A stretch of 64,000 bases of DNA from Scyliorhinus canicula (lineage: Eukaryota): contig NC_052171.1 in the NCBI RefSeq assembly GCF_902713615.1, positions 19,193,952 through 19,257,951 on the forward strand. Reading direction: 5' to 3'. Below are positions 37,301 to 54,207 of the stretch, in pieces. Position 1 is the stretch's first letter; the number at the start of each line of letters is the position of its first letter. The notes beneath the pieces were generated by a model. The model saw only the letters and a list, made by a program, of their open reading frames with translations. It searched no databases and was not told the DNA's origin. A program made the translations under genes and the position numbers.

Positions 37301-40300
37301 CATCATTTCCTCTCCATTTAATGTCTGTTCAGTGTTCGATTACGGTACGATGACTGTGCAGAATGCAAGCCTGTTGTTGATAGACGAGATCCTGCAGTTT
37401 CCTGACTTACACCCTCCCACCCAGGCCAGCCAGCGAGTCGGGTGACCCTTAGCAAGTTTTCGGGCAATGTAGGGTGCGAGAGCTAAATGCGATCTCGCCC
37501 CCAGCCCATGGCCAGCAGAGACAGCGGTCAGCTGTCTAAGCAGAAGGTGAAAATGTGATGTTCCCCAATCCCACGCTTCAGTCAGCTCAGACTGACCGAG
37601 TCAGCGGATTGTGGGTTCAAGTCCCACCCACGCCAGAGCCAAGAATCTAAACTGGCCCTCTGGTGCTGGGGGAGTGCTGCCGAACTTAAAGCAAGACCAC
37701 AGCTGTCTCCCGTGGTGGAGGTTAAAGGGTACTGTTATGAGGAGAAGGGGAATTATCCCCAGTGAATGCTCAACGGGTGATTGAGCCAACCTGAATGAGA
37801 TGGGGTGCGTGTTCGAGGAGCCCCTTCCACACACTCCCAAGATCAATCTGGAAAACCGGTTTAGCCACACCTCTTCCACAAACTCTCCCCACCCTCCGTA
37901 AACACACCCTCTGGGTGATCTGTGAATGATCGGTTCAGCCCGTCCTGCTGTTCCTGCTCCTTGACAAGTCAGGTCTTGTCATAGTCAGCCACCGTGTCTG
38001 TTATTAACTCTCAGTCGGCTGCTGTGTCACACAAAGCGCACTGTCACCTCAACGCAATTATCAGCACCACTGATTACTTCCCAAGCTTTCAAACAACGGG
38101 AAGGTAGCAGCTCTCTGCCTTAACCTCAGTTTCCCCCAAGATTCACTTCTCATTCTGTACACAAGGCAAAACAAAATCTCCGTCTGACCTGGGCTGGGGT
38201 GGAAAAAAAAAAATAGAAACCATCCTTGCAAAGGGCTGTTCGTACAGGACAGACGTACAAGTTTGGCGCGTACCAGACACTCGACGCTGAAATCTTGGGA
38301 GGACTCCACATTTAGCTCGTGCAATTAGCTCGGGCAGCACGGTAGCATAGTGGTTAGCATAAATGCGTCACAGCTCCAGGGTCCCAGGTTCGATTCCCGG
38401 TTGGGTCACTGTCTGTGCGGAGTCTGCACGTCCTCCCCGTGTCTGCGTGGGTTTCCTCCGGGTGCTCCGGTTTCCTCCCACAGTCCAAAGATGTGCCGGT
38501 TAGGTGGATTGGCCATGCTAAATTGCCCGTAGTGTCCTTAAAAAAAAAGTAAGGTAAGGGGGGGTTGTTGGGTTACGGGTATGGGGTGGATACGTGGGTT
38601 TGGGTAGGGTGATCATTGCTCGGCACAACATCGAGGGCCTGTTCTGTGCTGTACTGTTCTATGTTCTATGTAATTAAAAACGTTGTCCTGTTAGTCACTC
38701 TGAACTCATCCTTCCCCGATGATTCATGACTGACCAGAGGAATGGTCTCCTGAAACATCCGAATAAATGGTACCCAATCCCACACACTCCATCAAACAGT
38801 GGTGACAAAGGAATGGAATAATGTCACAGGAGACGGTCCATTCACCCCCTTGCTGTGCCGGTCAATTCGATCCACTTACTTCGTACATTGCCCGAACCTG
38901 CAAAAGATCGAGCAATCCCCGTCCGCAATTTTCAATTGAGCTCCAGCCTTGACATCCAACTGTGGGAAAGACTTGCAGATCTCCACAACCCTCTGCGTGA
39001 AGAGGTGGTTCCTGACCTTACCCCTGCATCAAAGTGGGAGATTCGCCTTGCCAAAGGAAACAGTTTCTCTCCCCCCCCCCCCTCCCCCCCCCCATCAGAC
39101 TGTGCTCTCATTTGCAGCCCGTCAACATCAACACTCAATGGGATACAGGCCTGGTGTGAACAATCTCGGAATTTAGCCTGCTCTCGTTTCATCTTCGTCT
39201 TCTTGCCTCCTGCAGTTTGTTTTGTCGGAAAAGTTGGAGACTGCCATCCTGATCCCAGCAAGGTGAAGAAACGGCGCAGCTTGCCTCTTCTTTCACACTG
39301 CTGTGCACCATCGGCCGTCAGGCTGAACCCAGCTCCGTCACACGTCTCTTTGGAACAACGGATAGTCAATTAACATTTTAATTAACGATCCAAATCCCCC
39401 TTTAATTGGGTCTGAATGCAATTTTCTTTTCCAACTGGCCAGTGTTCAAAATGGAGAAAAAAAAAACTAAAGAGATTCTCTTCAAAAGCAGATGACTGAA
39501 ATTCATCAAGGCTGGATTCTTTCTGAGTTCCTATTCAGCGGAACGCAGACGGCGAAGAGGGGGGGGGGATTGGAAACCTAGACTCGGATTGATGCTCACT
39601 GCATGGGATTCATCTCGTTTTTTAAAAGAGCAACCAATCAATTTTGAATTAGGATGTGGCTGACTAAAGAAACAGAGCAGAGAGCGTAATGAGAACAGGC
39701 AAGAGAATGGTTACAAGAAAATAGTGCTGGGATTCTTTCAACGGGCTGAACATTTCGGCCAAAGAGGACGTGGGAGATTTTCCCAAAGGTGGACAGGTAG
39801 CAGACACAGCACAATGACACATCATCCAACAATTTAAAAAGATGACATCATGTCCAGACACAGTCTTGTGACAGACAGCCGCTCACGCATGACCACCCGA
39901 ACTTGGAAATTCAGCGTCGAGATGGAATGGAAGAGGACCGAGGAGACAGATGCACAAAGAATAAAGGAGGTTGTTTTGTTTCCAGAGGGACAAACTGATA
40001 AGCAGGTGATTTAGGGTTAGAGTTTCTGGACCGAAGGTTCTGTGCACTGTTCTGATCTCCGTATAGTCGAAGAACGAGACCACAGTCGAGAGGGAACACA
40101 TTTCTGAAAGACAAACTGATCAGGGTGGAGCTCGCCACTCTCAAAGAAAAGACCGAGGTGACCCATCAGATGTCGATCAGGTTGTTAATCAACTTAACTG
40201 GGCAGACGGCAAGAGGATGTTCCTACTTGTGGGGGCGGGCCACAAATCTAAATTCACAAGGGAACGGTAGCACAACACTTTGCTCAAGACCTGAGACAAC

Positions 40301-40914
40301 TCTCAAACAAATTAAACCTTCCACACTGCAACCGACGTGTGACAAGTTCAATTCCTGAAATTGACCAACGCCTCCGTCTGCCCAGGCACGTCCCAGATAC
40401 ACACCTCGGCCCACCAGACAAATTTCCAGATACCTCTGAAGGCGTCCATATTGGATGGCATGGGCGATCTCACATTGTCAGACAGTGGGTGGCCAAGGCC
40501 ATTCCAGGATCCAGGGGCTGGATCACAGGGGTGGCTGAGGTATGGCTGTACCGCCTGGGGTTTGGGGTGTGTGAATGTGTCGGGGGGGGGGGAGAAGAGT
40601 GATGTATTTGTGAGGGGGGACTGGAATCGGGGGGACTGGAATCGGGGGGACTGGAATCGGGGGGACTGGAATCGGGGGAAATCACTTGTCACAAGTCGGC
40701 TTCAATGAAGTTACTGTGAAAAGCCCCTAGTCGCCACATGCTGGGGCAGCCTGTTAGTGATAAAGCTGGTCCAGGAAGTGAACCAGGCGCTTGCTGCCTT
40801 GTTCTGCACTCCAAGCCAGTGATTTAGCCCACTGGGCTGAACCAGCCCCGAGGTTTGGGGGGGGGGGGGTGGAGAGTGCGTGATGATGTTTTGTCTGGCA
40901 TGGATTGCAGCACA

Positions 40915-40960
<46 letters not shown>

Positions 40961-40969
40961 AGGGGTGGT

Positions 40970-41008
<39 letters not shown>

Positions 41009-41976
41009 GAGACCTCCCTGAAATAATCCCCTCCCACTCCCCCACAATTCCCAAAATGACCACACCCCCAACACGCCTCTCCGTCCAGTTCCCCAAATTA
41101 CCCCTCCCCCAAAATCCCCCCCTTTCCCCGCCCTCTCCCCCAAATCACCCTCCCCGCCCTCCCCCAAATCAACCCCTCCCCCCCCCCCAAAATCCCCCCC
41201 TCCCCTCCCCCAAATCACCCCCTCCCCTCCCCCAAAATCACCCCCTCCCCTCCCCCAAAATCACCCCCTCCCCTCCCCCAAAATCACCCCCTCCCCACCC
41301 CCTCCCCTCCCCCAAAATCACCCCCTCCCCTCCCCTCCCCCAAAATCACCCCCTCCCCTCCCCTCCCCCAAAATCACCCCTCCCCTCCCCCAAAATCACC
41401 CCCTCCCCTCCCCTCCCCCAAAATCACCCCCTCCCCTCCCCCAAAATCACCCCCTCCCCTCCCCTCCCCCAAAATCACCCCCTCCCCTCCCCTCCCCCAA
41501 AATCCCCCTCCCCTCCCCTCCCCCAAAATCACCCCCTCCCCTCCCCCAAAATCACCCCCTCCCCTCCCCTCCCCTCCCCCAAATCACCCCCTCCCCTCCC
41601 CTCCCCCAAAATCACCCCCTCCCCTCCCCTCCCCCAAAATCACCCCTCCCCTCCCCCCTCCCCAAAATCACCCCCTCCCCCTCCCCTCCCCCAAAATCAC
41701 CCCCCCCCCTCCCCTCCCCCAAAATCACCCCCTCCCCTCCCCTCCCCCAAAATCACCCCCTCCCCTCCCCCAAAATCACCCCCTCCCCTCCCCCAAAATC
41801 ACCCCCTCCCCTCCCCTCCCCTCCCCCAAAATCACCCCCTCCCCTCCCCTCCCCCAAAATCCCCCCTCCCTTTAATTAAAGGCGCTGTGCTGGGCCAGGT
41901 TTGGCCGACCCCCTCTCTCCCTCACCCGCTCGTCCAGCGACTCCTCCTCGCGGCCGCGGCGCCTCAGCTCGGTCAT
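11802..41976 (-). CDS. CDS2: CDP-diacylglycerol synthase 2 (phosphatidate cytidylyltransferase 2), whole gene; 13 coding exons, 1305 nt, 434 aa
   Basis: 13 GT-AG exons join in phase into MTELRRRG...[15 protein letters not shown]...[27 protein letters not shown] (cytidylyltransferase signature)...GVLTTGA*. The head-to-head position next to PCNA and the MTELR N-terminus favour CDS2 over CDS1. Confidence 0.96.
12200..16265 (+). mobile_element. Near full-length decayed CR1-clade LINE (HER1-like) in CDS2 intron 12, antisense to CDS2
   Basis: ORF1: CSSC..CGKC zinc finger, leucine-zipper-like stretch and SGNH esterase ([19 protein letters not shown]). ORF2: AP endonuclease (YFNARS, ITETW, MGDVN, SDH) and RT ([15 protein letters not shown]). 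Start codon is ATA at 12417, stop at 12582, several frameshifts, terminal tail missing. Confidence 0.93.
16456..16674. repeat. Inverted repeat, 91-bp arms, 37-nt loop
   Basis: 16456-16546 pairs with 16584-16674, about 3 mismatches. Confidence 0.92.
16850..16993. repeat. Tandem repeat, 36 bp x 4 (alternating variants); copy at 4759-4902
   Basis: TGCCTGGC(A/T)GTGAATGGATTCCTTTTGGAAGGTTAC. Confidence 0.95.
17042..17145 (-). CDS. CDS2: CDS2 exon 12 ([35 protein letters not shown])
   Basis: 104 nt, catalytic signature, AG/GT boundaries. Confidence 0.96.
17651..17996 (-). mobile_element. HE1-type V-SINE (alternative tail); duplicate at ~5561-5904
   Basis: Head, V-domain and tail visible. Confidence 0.88.
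18180..18388 (-). mobile_element. LINE 3' fragment (CR1/L2-type); copy at ~6090-6298
   Basis: Decayed ORF end and LINE-like 3'UTR; family assigned from recall only. Confidence 0.5.
18410..18597 (-). mobile_element. Short V-SINE variant
   Basis: Similar to 6523-6740. Confidence 0.8.
18958..19902 (-). mobile_element. 5'-truncated young CR1 LINE (RT C-terminal half, open frame) with (TTCTATG)n tail
   Basis: Uninterrupted [33 protein letters not shown]; TGAC on both flanks; splits an older repeat. Confidence 0.93.
20206..20325 (-). CDS. CDS2: CDS2 exon 11 ([15 protein letters not shown]...[14 protein letters not shown])
   Basis: 120 nt, AG/GT boundaries. Confidence 0.96.
20588..20740 (-). CDS. 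CDS2: CDS2 exon 10 ([14 protein letters not shown]...FLGW)
   Basis: 153 nt, AG/GT boundaries. Confidence 0.96.
21372..21440 (-). CDS. CDS2: CDS2 exon 9 ([23 protein letters not shown])
   Basis: 69 nt, conserved SPKKTWEG motif, AG/GT boundaries. Confidence 0.96.
22123..22322. mobile_element. Palindromic Penelope-type terminal-repeat remnant, family A
   Basis: ~77-bp inverted arms (22123-22199 / 22204-22279) with a one-sided extension; related copies at 35549 and 58928. Confidence 0.7.
22167..22203 (-). ncRNA. Minimal type-I hammerhead ribozyme motif
   Basis: UCAC-CUGAGGA-A-GGAGC agc GCUCC-GAAA-GC-UA-GUGA. Confidence 0.65.
22608..22695 (-). CDS. CDS2: CDS2 exon 8 ([29 protein letters not shown])
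   Basis: 88 nt, AG/GT boundaries. Confidence 0.96.
23567..23649 (-). CDS. CDS2: CDS2 exon 7 ([28 protein letters not shown])
   Basis: 83 nt, AG/GT boundaries. Confidence 0.96.
23851..24685 (+). mobile_element. Rex1/Babar LINE 3' fragment, tail split by a V-SINE
   Basis: [40 protein letters not shown] motif typical of the Rex1 C-terminus. Confidence 0.8.
24282..24627 (+). mobile_element. HE1-type tRNA-derived V-SINE, full length
   Basis: A/B-box head (GGTTCGATTCCC), V-domain GGGTTTCCTCCGGGTGCTCCGGTTTCCTCCCAC, CR1-like tail ending (TTCTATG)n. Confidence 0.9.
24882..24940 (-). CDS. CDS2: CDS2 exon 6 ([19 protein letters not shown])
   Basis: 59 nt, AG/GT boundaries. Confidence 0.96.
25761..26540. 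repeat. Minisatellite, 30-bp unit CCTCTGTCCCCTTCAATATTAACCTGTGGC x ~26
   Basis: Exact 30-bp periodicity with no indels. Confidence 0.97.
27215..27553 (+). mobile_element. HE1-type V-SINE (older)
   Basis: Head, V-domain and tail visible. Confidence 0.85.
27687..27826 (-). CDS. CDS2: CDS2 exon 5 ([15 protein letters not shown]...[13 protein letters not shown])
   Basis: 140 nt, AG/GT boundaries. Confidence 0.96.
28374..28714 (+). mobile_element. HE1-type V-SINE nested in the tail of an older SINE (~28200-28733)
   Basis: Near-identical to 24282-24627. Confidence 0.9.
29248..29463 (-). mobile_element. Short V-SINE variant
   Basis: Similar to 6523-6740. Confidence 0.85.
29772..29869 (-). CDS. 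CDS2: CDS2 exon 4 ([33 protein letters not shown])
   Basis: 98 nt, AG/GT boundaries. Confidence 0.96.
30781..31111 (+). mobile_element. HE1-type V-SINE
   Basis: Near-identical family copy. Confidence 0.9.
31500..31760. mobile_element. Palindromic Penelope-type remnant, family B, hammerhead-like core on each arm
   Basis: Inverted arms 31508-31580 / 31617-31703; CUGACGA-A-GAGUC..GACUC-GAAA-CG-UU. Confidence 0.65.
32107..32203 (-). CDS. CDS2: CDS2 exon 3 ([32 protein letters not shown])
   Basis: 97 nt, AG/GT boundaries, close match to vertebrate CDS2. Confidence 0.96.
32593..32913 (+). mobile_element. HE1-type V-SINE (alternative tail subfamily)
   Basis: Head and V-domain; tail GGTGCAGACTCGATGGGCC. 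Confidence 0.88.
34181..34299 (-). CDS. CDS2: CDS2 exon 2 (ESEPTTSG...[17 protein letters not shown])
   Basis: cag| acceptor, AG|GTGCAG donor, 119 nt, phase fits neighbours. Confidence 0.9.
35549..36020 (+). mobile_element. Family A Penelope-type remnant, hammerhead core mutated, split by a V-SINE
   Basis: CCGAGGAAGGAGCAGTGCTCCGAAAGCTAGTGA...AAACC | SINE | AACCTGTTGG...CATCTCCACATCA. Confidence 0.7.
35601..35950 (-). mobile_element. HE1-type V-SINE
   Basis: Near-identical family copy, reverse strand. Confidence 0.9.
36054..36133. repeat. Tandem repeat, 16 bp x 5 (TCCCTGCATTGCGCAC)
   Basis: Perfect copies. Confidence 0.95.
38332..38670 (+). mobile_element. HE1-type V-SINE
   Basis: Near-identical family copy. 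Confidence 0.9.
40615..40678. repeat. Tandem repeat, 15 bp x 4 (GGGGGGACTGGAATC)
   Basis: Perfect copies. Confidence 0.9.
40680..40848 (-). mobile_element. Second SINE family copy
   Basis: Reverse-complement similarity to 61628-61806. Confidence 0.75.
40916..41870. repeat. Poly-G tract followed by a C-rich minisatellite (CCCCAAAATCACCCCCTCCCCT)n
   Basis: Directly visible. Confidence 0.92.
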
Positions 41977-42320
41977 GGCGGCCGCTCTTCCTCCTGCTCC
42001 CCGCGCTGGGACGGGGCCGGACACCGGGGGTCAGTGAGAGGGGAGACGCTCCGGTTCCCCGCCGCCGCTCAGCAACGGCCGCTTGACGCTCAGTCGTCTC
42101 CGCCGCCCTCCCCACGCGAGATGTCCCCGGCGCCGCTCCTCCGGCCGCCAGGAGGCGCCGCCGTCACCGTCACCGCCGCCGTCGTCACCACCGCAGCAGC
42201 AAAGACTCCTCCACAACAGCTCGGCTCACGGAGCGCCGCAGCCTGTGGCGTAGCGGGGAGAGCGTCGGCCTTTGAGCCGGAGATTCCGAATTCGAATCCC
42301 GGACCTGCGAGGTGCATTTA
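41880..42320. promoter_or_regulatory. CpG-rich 5' region of CDS2, likely shared with divergent PCNA transcription
   Basis: Very high CpG and GC content around and upstream of the CDS2 ATG, between two divergent genes. Confidence 0.7.
41926..41976 (-). CDS. CDS2: CDS2 coding exon 1 ([17 protein letters not shown])
   Basis: Kozak-like GCCGCCATGA in a CpG-rich region; donor CGG|GTGAGG. Confidence 0.9.
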
Positions 42321-42901
42321 AAATGCATAACTAGATCATTAGGGTAGCTGCAGAGTTTTACAGCAACTGAAAGAGATGGCCCTTCGGCCCATTGTGTTTG
42401 TGCTGGCACTATCCCATTTTCCAACAGCATGGTTTGAAAGGAAATTGGAGCCTCTGCCACCACCACGTCCCTTGTGCAATAGCTTGGCAGAGTTTTTTTT
42501 AACAGCATGGTTAAGAGGCCCTTCTTTACAGCACGGTAAGAGTGCCAGCCATCAAGCACTTCTAATTCTATTCTAATCCCCCAGTACCTGGTGCGTGGCC
42601 TGTTATGCTATGGACTTTCAAGTGCTCATCGAAACAATTAGCACGCAATCATAGAATTTACAGGAGGCCATTTGGCCCATCGAGTCTGTATCGGCCCTCG
42701 GAAAGAGCTATCTACTTCAACCCCACCTAATCTTTGTTTTGGACACTAAGGGCAATTTAAGCATGGCCAATCCATCCAACCTGCACTTTAAATTTGAGCC
42801 GTTTCTCTCTTGCAGCAGTTCCTCACAAGAATGAGCAGGAGTAGATCAGGTGCGCTTGTGACTTTCACTCAATATTGAGAGTTGTGGGCCAGCGGAGTTA
42901 A

Positions 42902-43292
42902 TCATAGAATTTACAGTGCAGAATTAGGCCATTCGGCCCATCGAGTCTGCACCGGCTCATGGAAAGAGCACCCTACCCAAGGTCAACACCTCCACCCTAT
43001 CCCCATAACCCAGTAACCTCACCCAACACTAAGGGCAATTTTGGACACTAAGGGCAATTTATCATGGCCAGGCTTTAGAGTGGTTTCACAGTCGGCGCAA
43101 CATCGAGGGTCGAAGGGCCTGTACTGCGCTGTAATGTTCTATATTCTATATAATCCACCTAACCTGCACATCTTTGGACTGTGGGAGGAAACCGGAGCAC
43201 CAGGAAGAAACCCACGCACACACGGGGAGGATGTGCATACTCCGCACAGACAGTGACCCAAGCCGGAATCGAACCTGGGCCACTGGAGCTGT
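42902..43292 (-). mobile_element. HE1-type V-SINE with an opposite-strand tail fragment inside it
   Basis: V-domain and tail; insert at ~43070-43150. Confidence 0.8.
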
Positions 43293-43811
43293 TAATGGAG
43301 TTAAGATGCCGATCAGTCCTGATGAAATTGAATGACGCAACGAGTTGGAGGGGCTGAATGGCTTTCTCCAAATATATTTCACCGCCGTGTGACTGCCACG
43401 GAATGGAAATTGCTTCATCGCTGACAGTGTGGAAGCACCACCATCACCGTCTCCGGGAGACAGCAGTGCCGTGCCAGAGGAATCATGTGGATTGACCCGG
43501 GTAAATTACCCCTCCGTGTCCAAAGATGTGTGTCAGGCGGGATTGGGGGGGGGGGGGGGGGAGAGGAGGCATTTGGTGGAGTGCTCTTTCTGAAGGGTCG
43601 GTGCACTCTGTGGGCTGAATTTACAGTGTAGAAGGAGGCCATTCGGCCCATTGAACCGGCCCACACTTCCACCCGATCCCCGTAACCCCACCCAACCTTT
43701 TTTGGACACTGAGGGCAATTTCCTTTTCTTCCCATGTACTTAATGATCTGTTGAGCTGCTCGCAGAAAAATACTTTTCACTGTACCTCGGTACACATGAC
43801 AAGGTATACAT

Positions 43812-44152
43812 GGGCAGCACGGTAGCATGGTGGTTAGCATAAATGCTTCACAGCTCCAGGGTCCCAGGTTTGATTCCCGGCTGGGTCACTGTCTGTGCGG
43901 AGTCTGCACGTCCTCCCCGTGTGTGCGTGGGTTTCCTCCGGGTGCTCCGGTTTCCTCCCACAGTCCAAAGATGTGCGGGTTAGGTGGATTGGCCATGCTA
44001 AATTGCCCGTAGTGTCCTAAAAAGTAAGGTTAAGGGGGGGTTGTTAGGTTACGGGTATAGGGTGGATACGTGGGTTTGAGTGGGATGATCATTGCTCGGC
44101 ACAACATCGAGGGCCGAAGGGCCTGTTCTGTGCTGTACTGTTCTATGTTCTA
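43812..44152 (+). mobile_element. HE1-type V-SINE
   Basis: Near-identical family copy, inserted in a Rex1-like tail. Confidence 0.9.
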
Positions 44153-44708
44153 TAATAAACAAATCCAAATTTAGCGTGGCCAATCCACCTAACCTGCACA
44201 TCTTTGGCCTCCTGCACCGTAAGGATTCTATGGCTCTGTGGAAAATGGTGCCAAATCCCATCCAAAAAATGCAAAACTGTTTGAACACGATGCAGGAACG
44301 TGCCCGAAAGAAAATTGCACATTTAGAAGAAAGAGGTGGTAAATTGGCAAGTGGTGAGTGGGGAGCTAAATTCCAAATGTGACAAATTGGAGGTGGGTAC
44401 AACAATGTGAAACTCCAGCCTGCCAGAGTATATATTGCAATGCAACACACACACTTTGCAGCCAAGGCTTGCAAAAAGACAGCCAGATGTCTGCAGGATG
44501 TGATTTGAAAGCGGCAGGAGCAGAGTTTGGCGCCCTTGCCATATATGGCAAGGCTGATTTGCATGAGGTTATATGAGGAAGTGAGAGAATTGGAGGCCTT
44601 CTCATTGCTGAGTGAGTGCTGGAGAGGTGCTTGCAGCCTGTGCTCTCTCTCTCTCCCTATTGCATTTCCCTGCTCTGCTGTCGGGTTTTGTTACAAAGCC
44701 CCAGATAA

Positions 44709-52001
<7,293 letters not shown>

Positions 52002-52228
52002 GACCACCTGGTGGAGACTGAGCCTCGGACAGATGTGGTTGAGGCTGGAGATGGTTCCGGAACTCGCGTGAAAACGCTGTTCGCTGGCCGTGCCTCCGTT
52101 ACAACGTTCCTCTTTTTCACAGGCACCTCTCTCCCTGTCCTTTTTCAAACGTTTTTGTAGATATTCTCTGTAAATATGTTGTCCCGACGTCGAATTGCCT
52201 TTTTGTAAACCAATGGGGAAATGGCAGA

Positions 52229-52234
52229 AATAAA
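52229..52234 (+). terminator. PCNA poly(A) signal AATAAA
   Basis: First AATAAA about 230 nt after the stop, followed by GT/T-rich sequence. Confidence 0.75.
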
Positions 52235-52633
52235 ACGTTTCTGTGCGACCTCCCGCGGGTCTGTCTTTCAAAATGGTCTGTCTTTCAAAATGGAGGAGAG
52301 GATTGGGGGGGGGGGGGGCTTAACCTCTCTTACGACGAGGCCACGTTCACCCTCCGCAAGGCTTCGGCCACGTCCCAGCGTCTTCGATTTGTGCCAAACA
52401 GCCTCCAGCAAGGCCGCTCACCATCAATTCCGTATCAATATCCCAACGCCCACCCCGCCCCCGATCTCATCCTCCAATAGCAGCTTGTCCTGCAGCCTGG
52501 GGGAGGGAGCAGTCCCGGGAATGACGTCTCCTGAAATCCCAAATCTGCAGGTACCTAAAACCATTCCCCGTGGACAACGAGCACATTCCTCCGTGCCCCC
52601 TATAAACAGGACCCTGAATTACTCGAACCCTGT

Positions 52634-52805
52634 TTCAAAATCGCTTATTGTCACTAATAGGCTTCAAATGAAGGTACTGTGAAAAGCCCCTAGTCGTCAC
52701 AGTCCGGCTCCTGTTCGGGGAGGCTGGTACAGGAATTGAACCGTGCTGCTGGCCTGCCTGGGTCTGCTTTCAAAGCCTGCGATTTAGCCCAGTGCTAAAC
52801 CAGCT
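52634..52805 (-). mobile_element. Second SINE family copy, nested in L1
   Basis: Reverse-complement similarity to 61628-61806. Confidence 0.75.
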
Positions 52806-53834
52806 TGCCCCCTATAAACCGGACCCTGACGTACTCGAGCCCCGCTTTCCAGCGCTTCGCATCCAGCCCCCGCCGACACAAACCTCTGGTTGTCACAGAT
52901 CGGCCCCCACAGCGACGTACCCTCCGACCCCAAGTGCTGCCGACACAGCCCCCACACCCTTAAAGCCAACACCACCACTGGGCTGGCAGAGTACCTGGCC
53001 AGTGAGAATGGCAACGGTGCCAACAACAATACCCTCCTTACATGATGCCACCTCCAGACCACCCTCCTCCACAGCCCATTCCCTCGCCATCGCAGTATTT
53101 GCCACACAATAAGTTACCCAATTCGATAACACCAGCCCCCCCCCCCCCCCCCGCCCTTGACCCTGTGCCAAGAGTCCACTGAAACGGGCTCTCCCCGTCC
53201 ACCCAGACCCTGGGACAAAGATGGGGAGGTTCTTAAATACTAACAAGCCTGGGCAACACCGTCATTTTCACTCTGTACCTTCCCAGACAACGAGAGCGGC
53301 CAAACATCCCTCCTCTTAAACTCCCCCTTTATCCCCTCCACCAACCCTGCCAAGTCTCCCCCCCCCCCCCCCCCCCCCACACTGCGCGATCAATCCCTCA
53401 GCGCCATTGCCAACAAGGCAAGCAACATTGGGGAGAGTGGGCACCCATACGTTGTCGCGCAGTGAAGCCCAAAGTACCCCAAGCTCACTCGGTTCAACCG
53501 CACGCTCGCCACCGACGCCTTGTAGAGCAGCCAGACCCAATCTCCAAACCTCAGTCCGAATCCAAACCGTCCCAGCACCGCCAACAGATGTGCCCACTCC
53601 GCCCGGTCAGAAGCCGTTTCCGCGTCCATCGCCACCACTATCCCACCCTCCTGCCCTTGCGAGGGCATCACAATAAGATTATATAACCTCTGCATGTTTG
53701 CCAACAGCTGCCTTCCCTTCACAAAACCTGCCTGATCCTCTCCGATCACCCCAGTACTCAATCTGCGATGCCAGCACCTTTGCCTATGCTTGGCATCGAT
53801 ATTCAATAACGCTATCGGGCAGTAGGACCTAGAA

Positions 53835-54207
53835 CAGGGGTGGGCAAACTTTTCCGTGCAAGGGCCACATTCAGAAATTCACAATTTTAAAGGGCCGCAT
53901 AGTATATTAAGTAAAATAATTACTTTACCCGGTTATGATTCTGGGCGCCTCATATAGAACATAGAACAGTACAGCATAGAACAGGCCCTTCGGCCCTCGA
54001 TGTTGTGCCGAGCAATGATCACCCTACTCAAGTCAACGTATCCACCCTATACCAGTAAGTAACCCAACAGCCCCCCCCCCCCCATTAACCTTGAAAAAAA
54101 TAATTAAAAATTTAAAGAAAAACTTTTTTAAAAAAATTTTTTTTTTTTTTAAATGACTTGGTGGGCCGCATAAAGACCTTTGGCGGGCCGTAGTTTGCCC
54201 ACCCCTG
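53835..54207. mobile_element. Non-autonomous hAT (Charlie-like) MITE
   Basis: Perfect 16-bp TIRs CAGGGGTGGGCAAACT / AGTTTGCCCACCCCTG; 8-bp TSD ACCTAGAA at 53827-34 and 54208-15. Confidence 0.92.

Noticed and set aside
41056-42321. 421-aa proline-rich, extensin-like ORF
   Set aside because: Translation of a C-rich minisatellite running antisense into CDS2 exon 1; no gene structure
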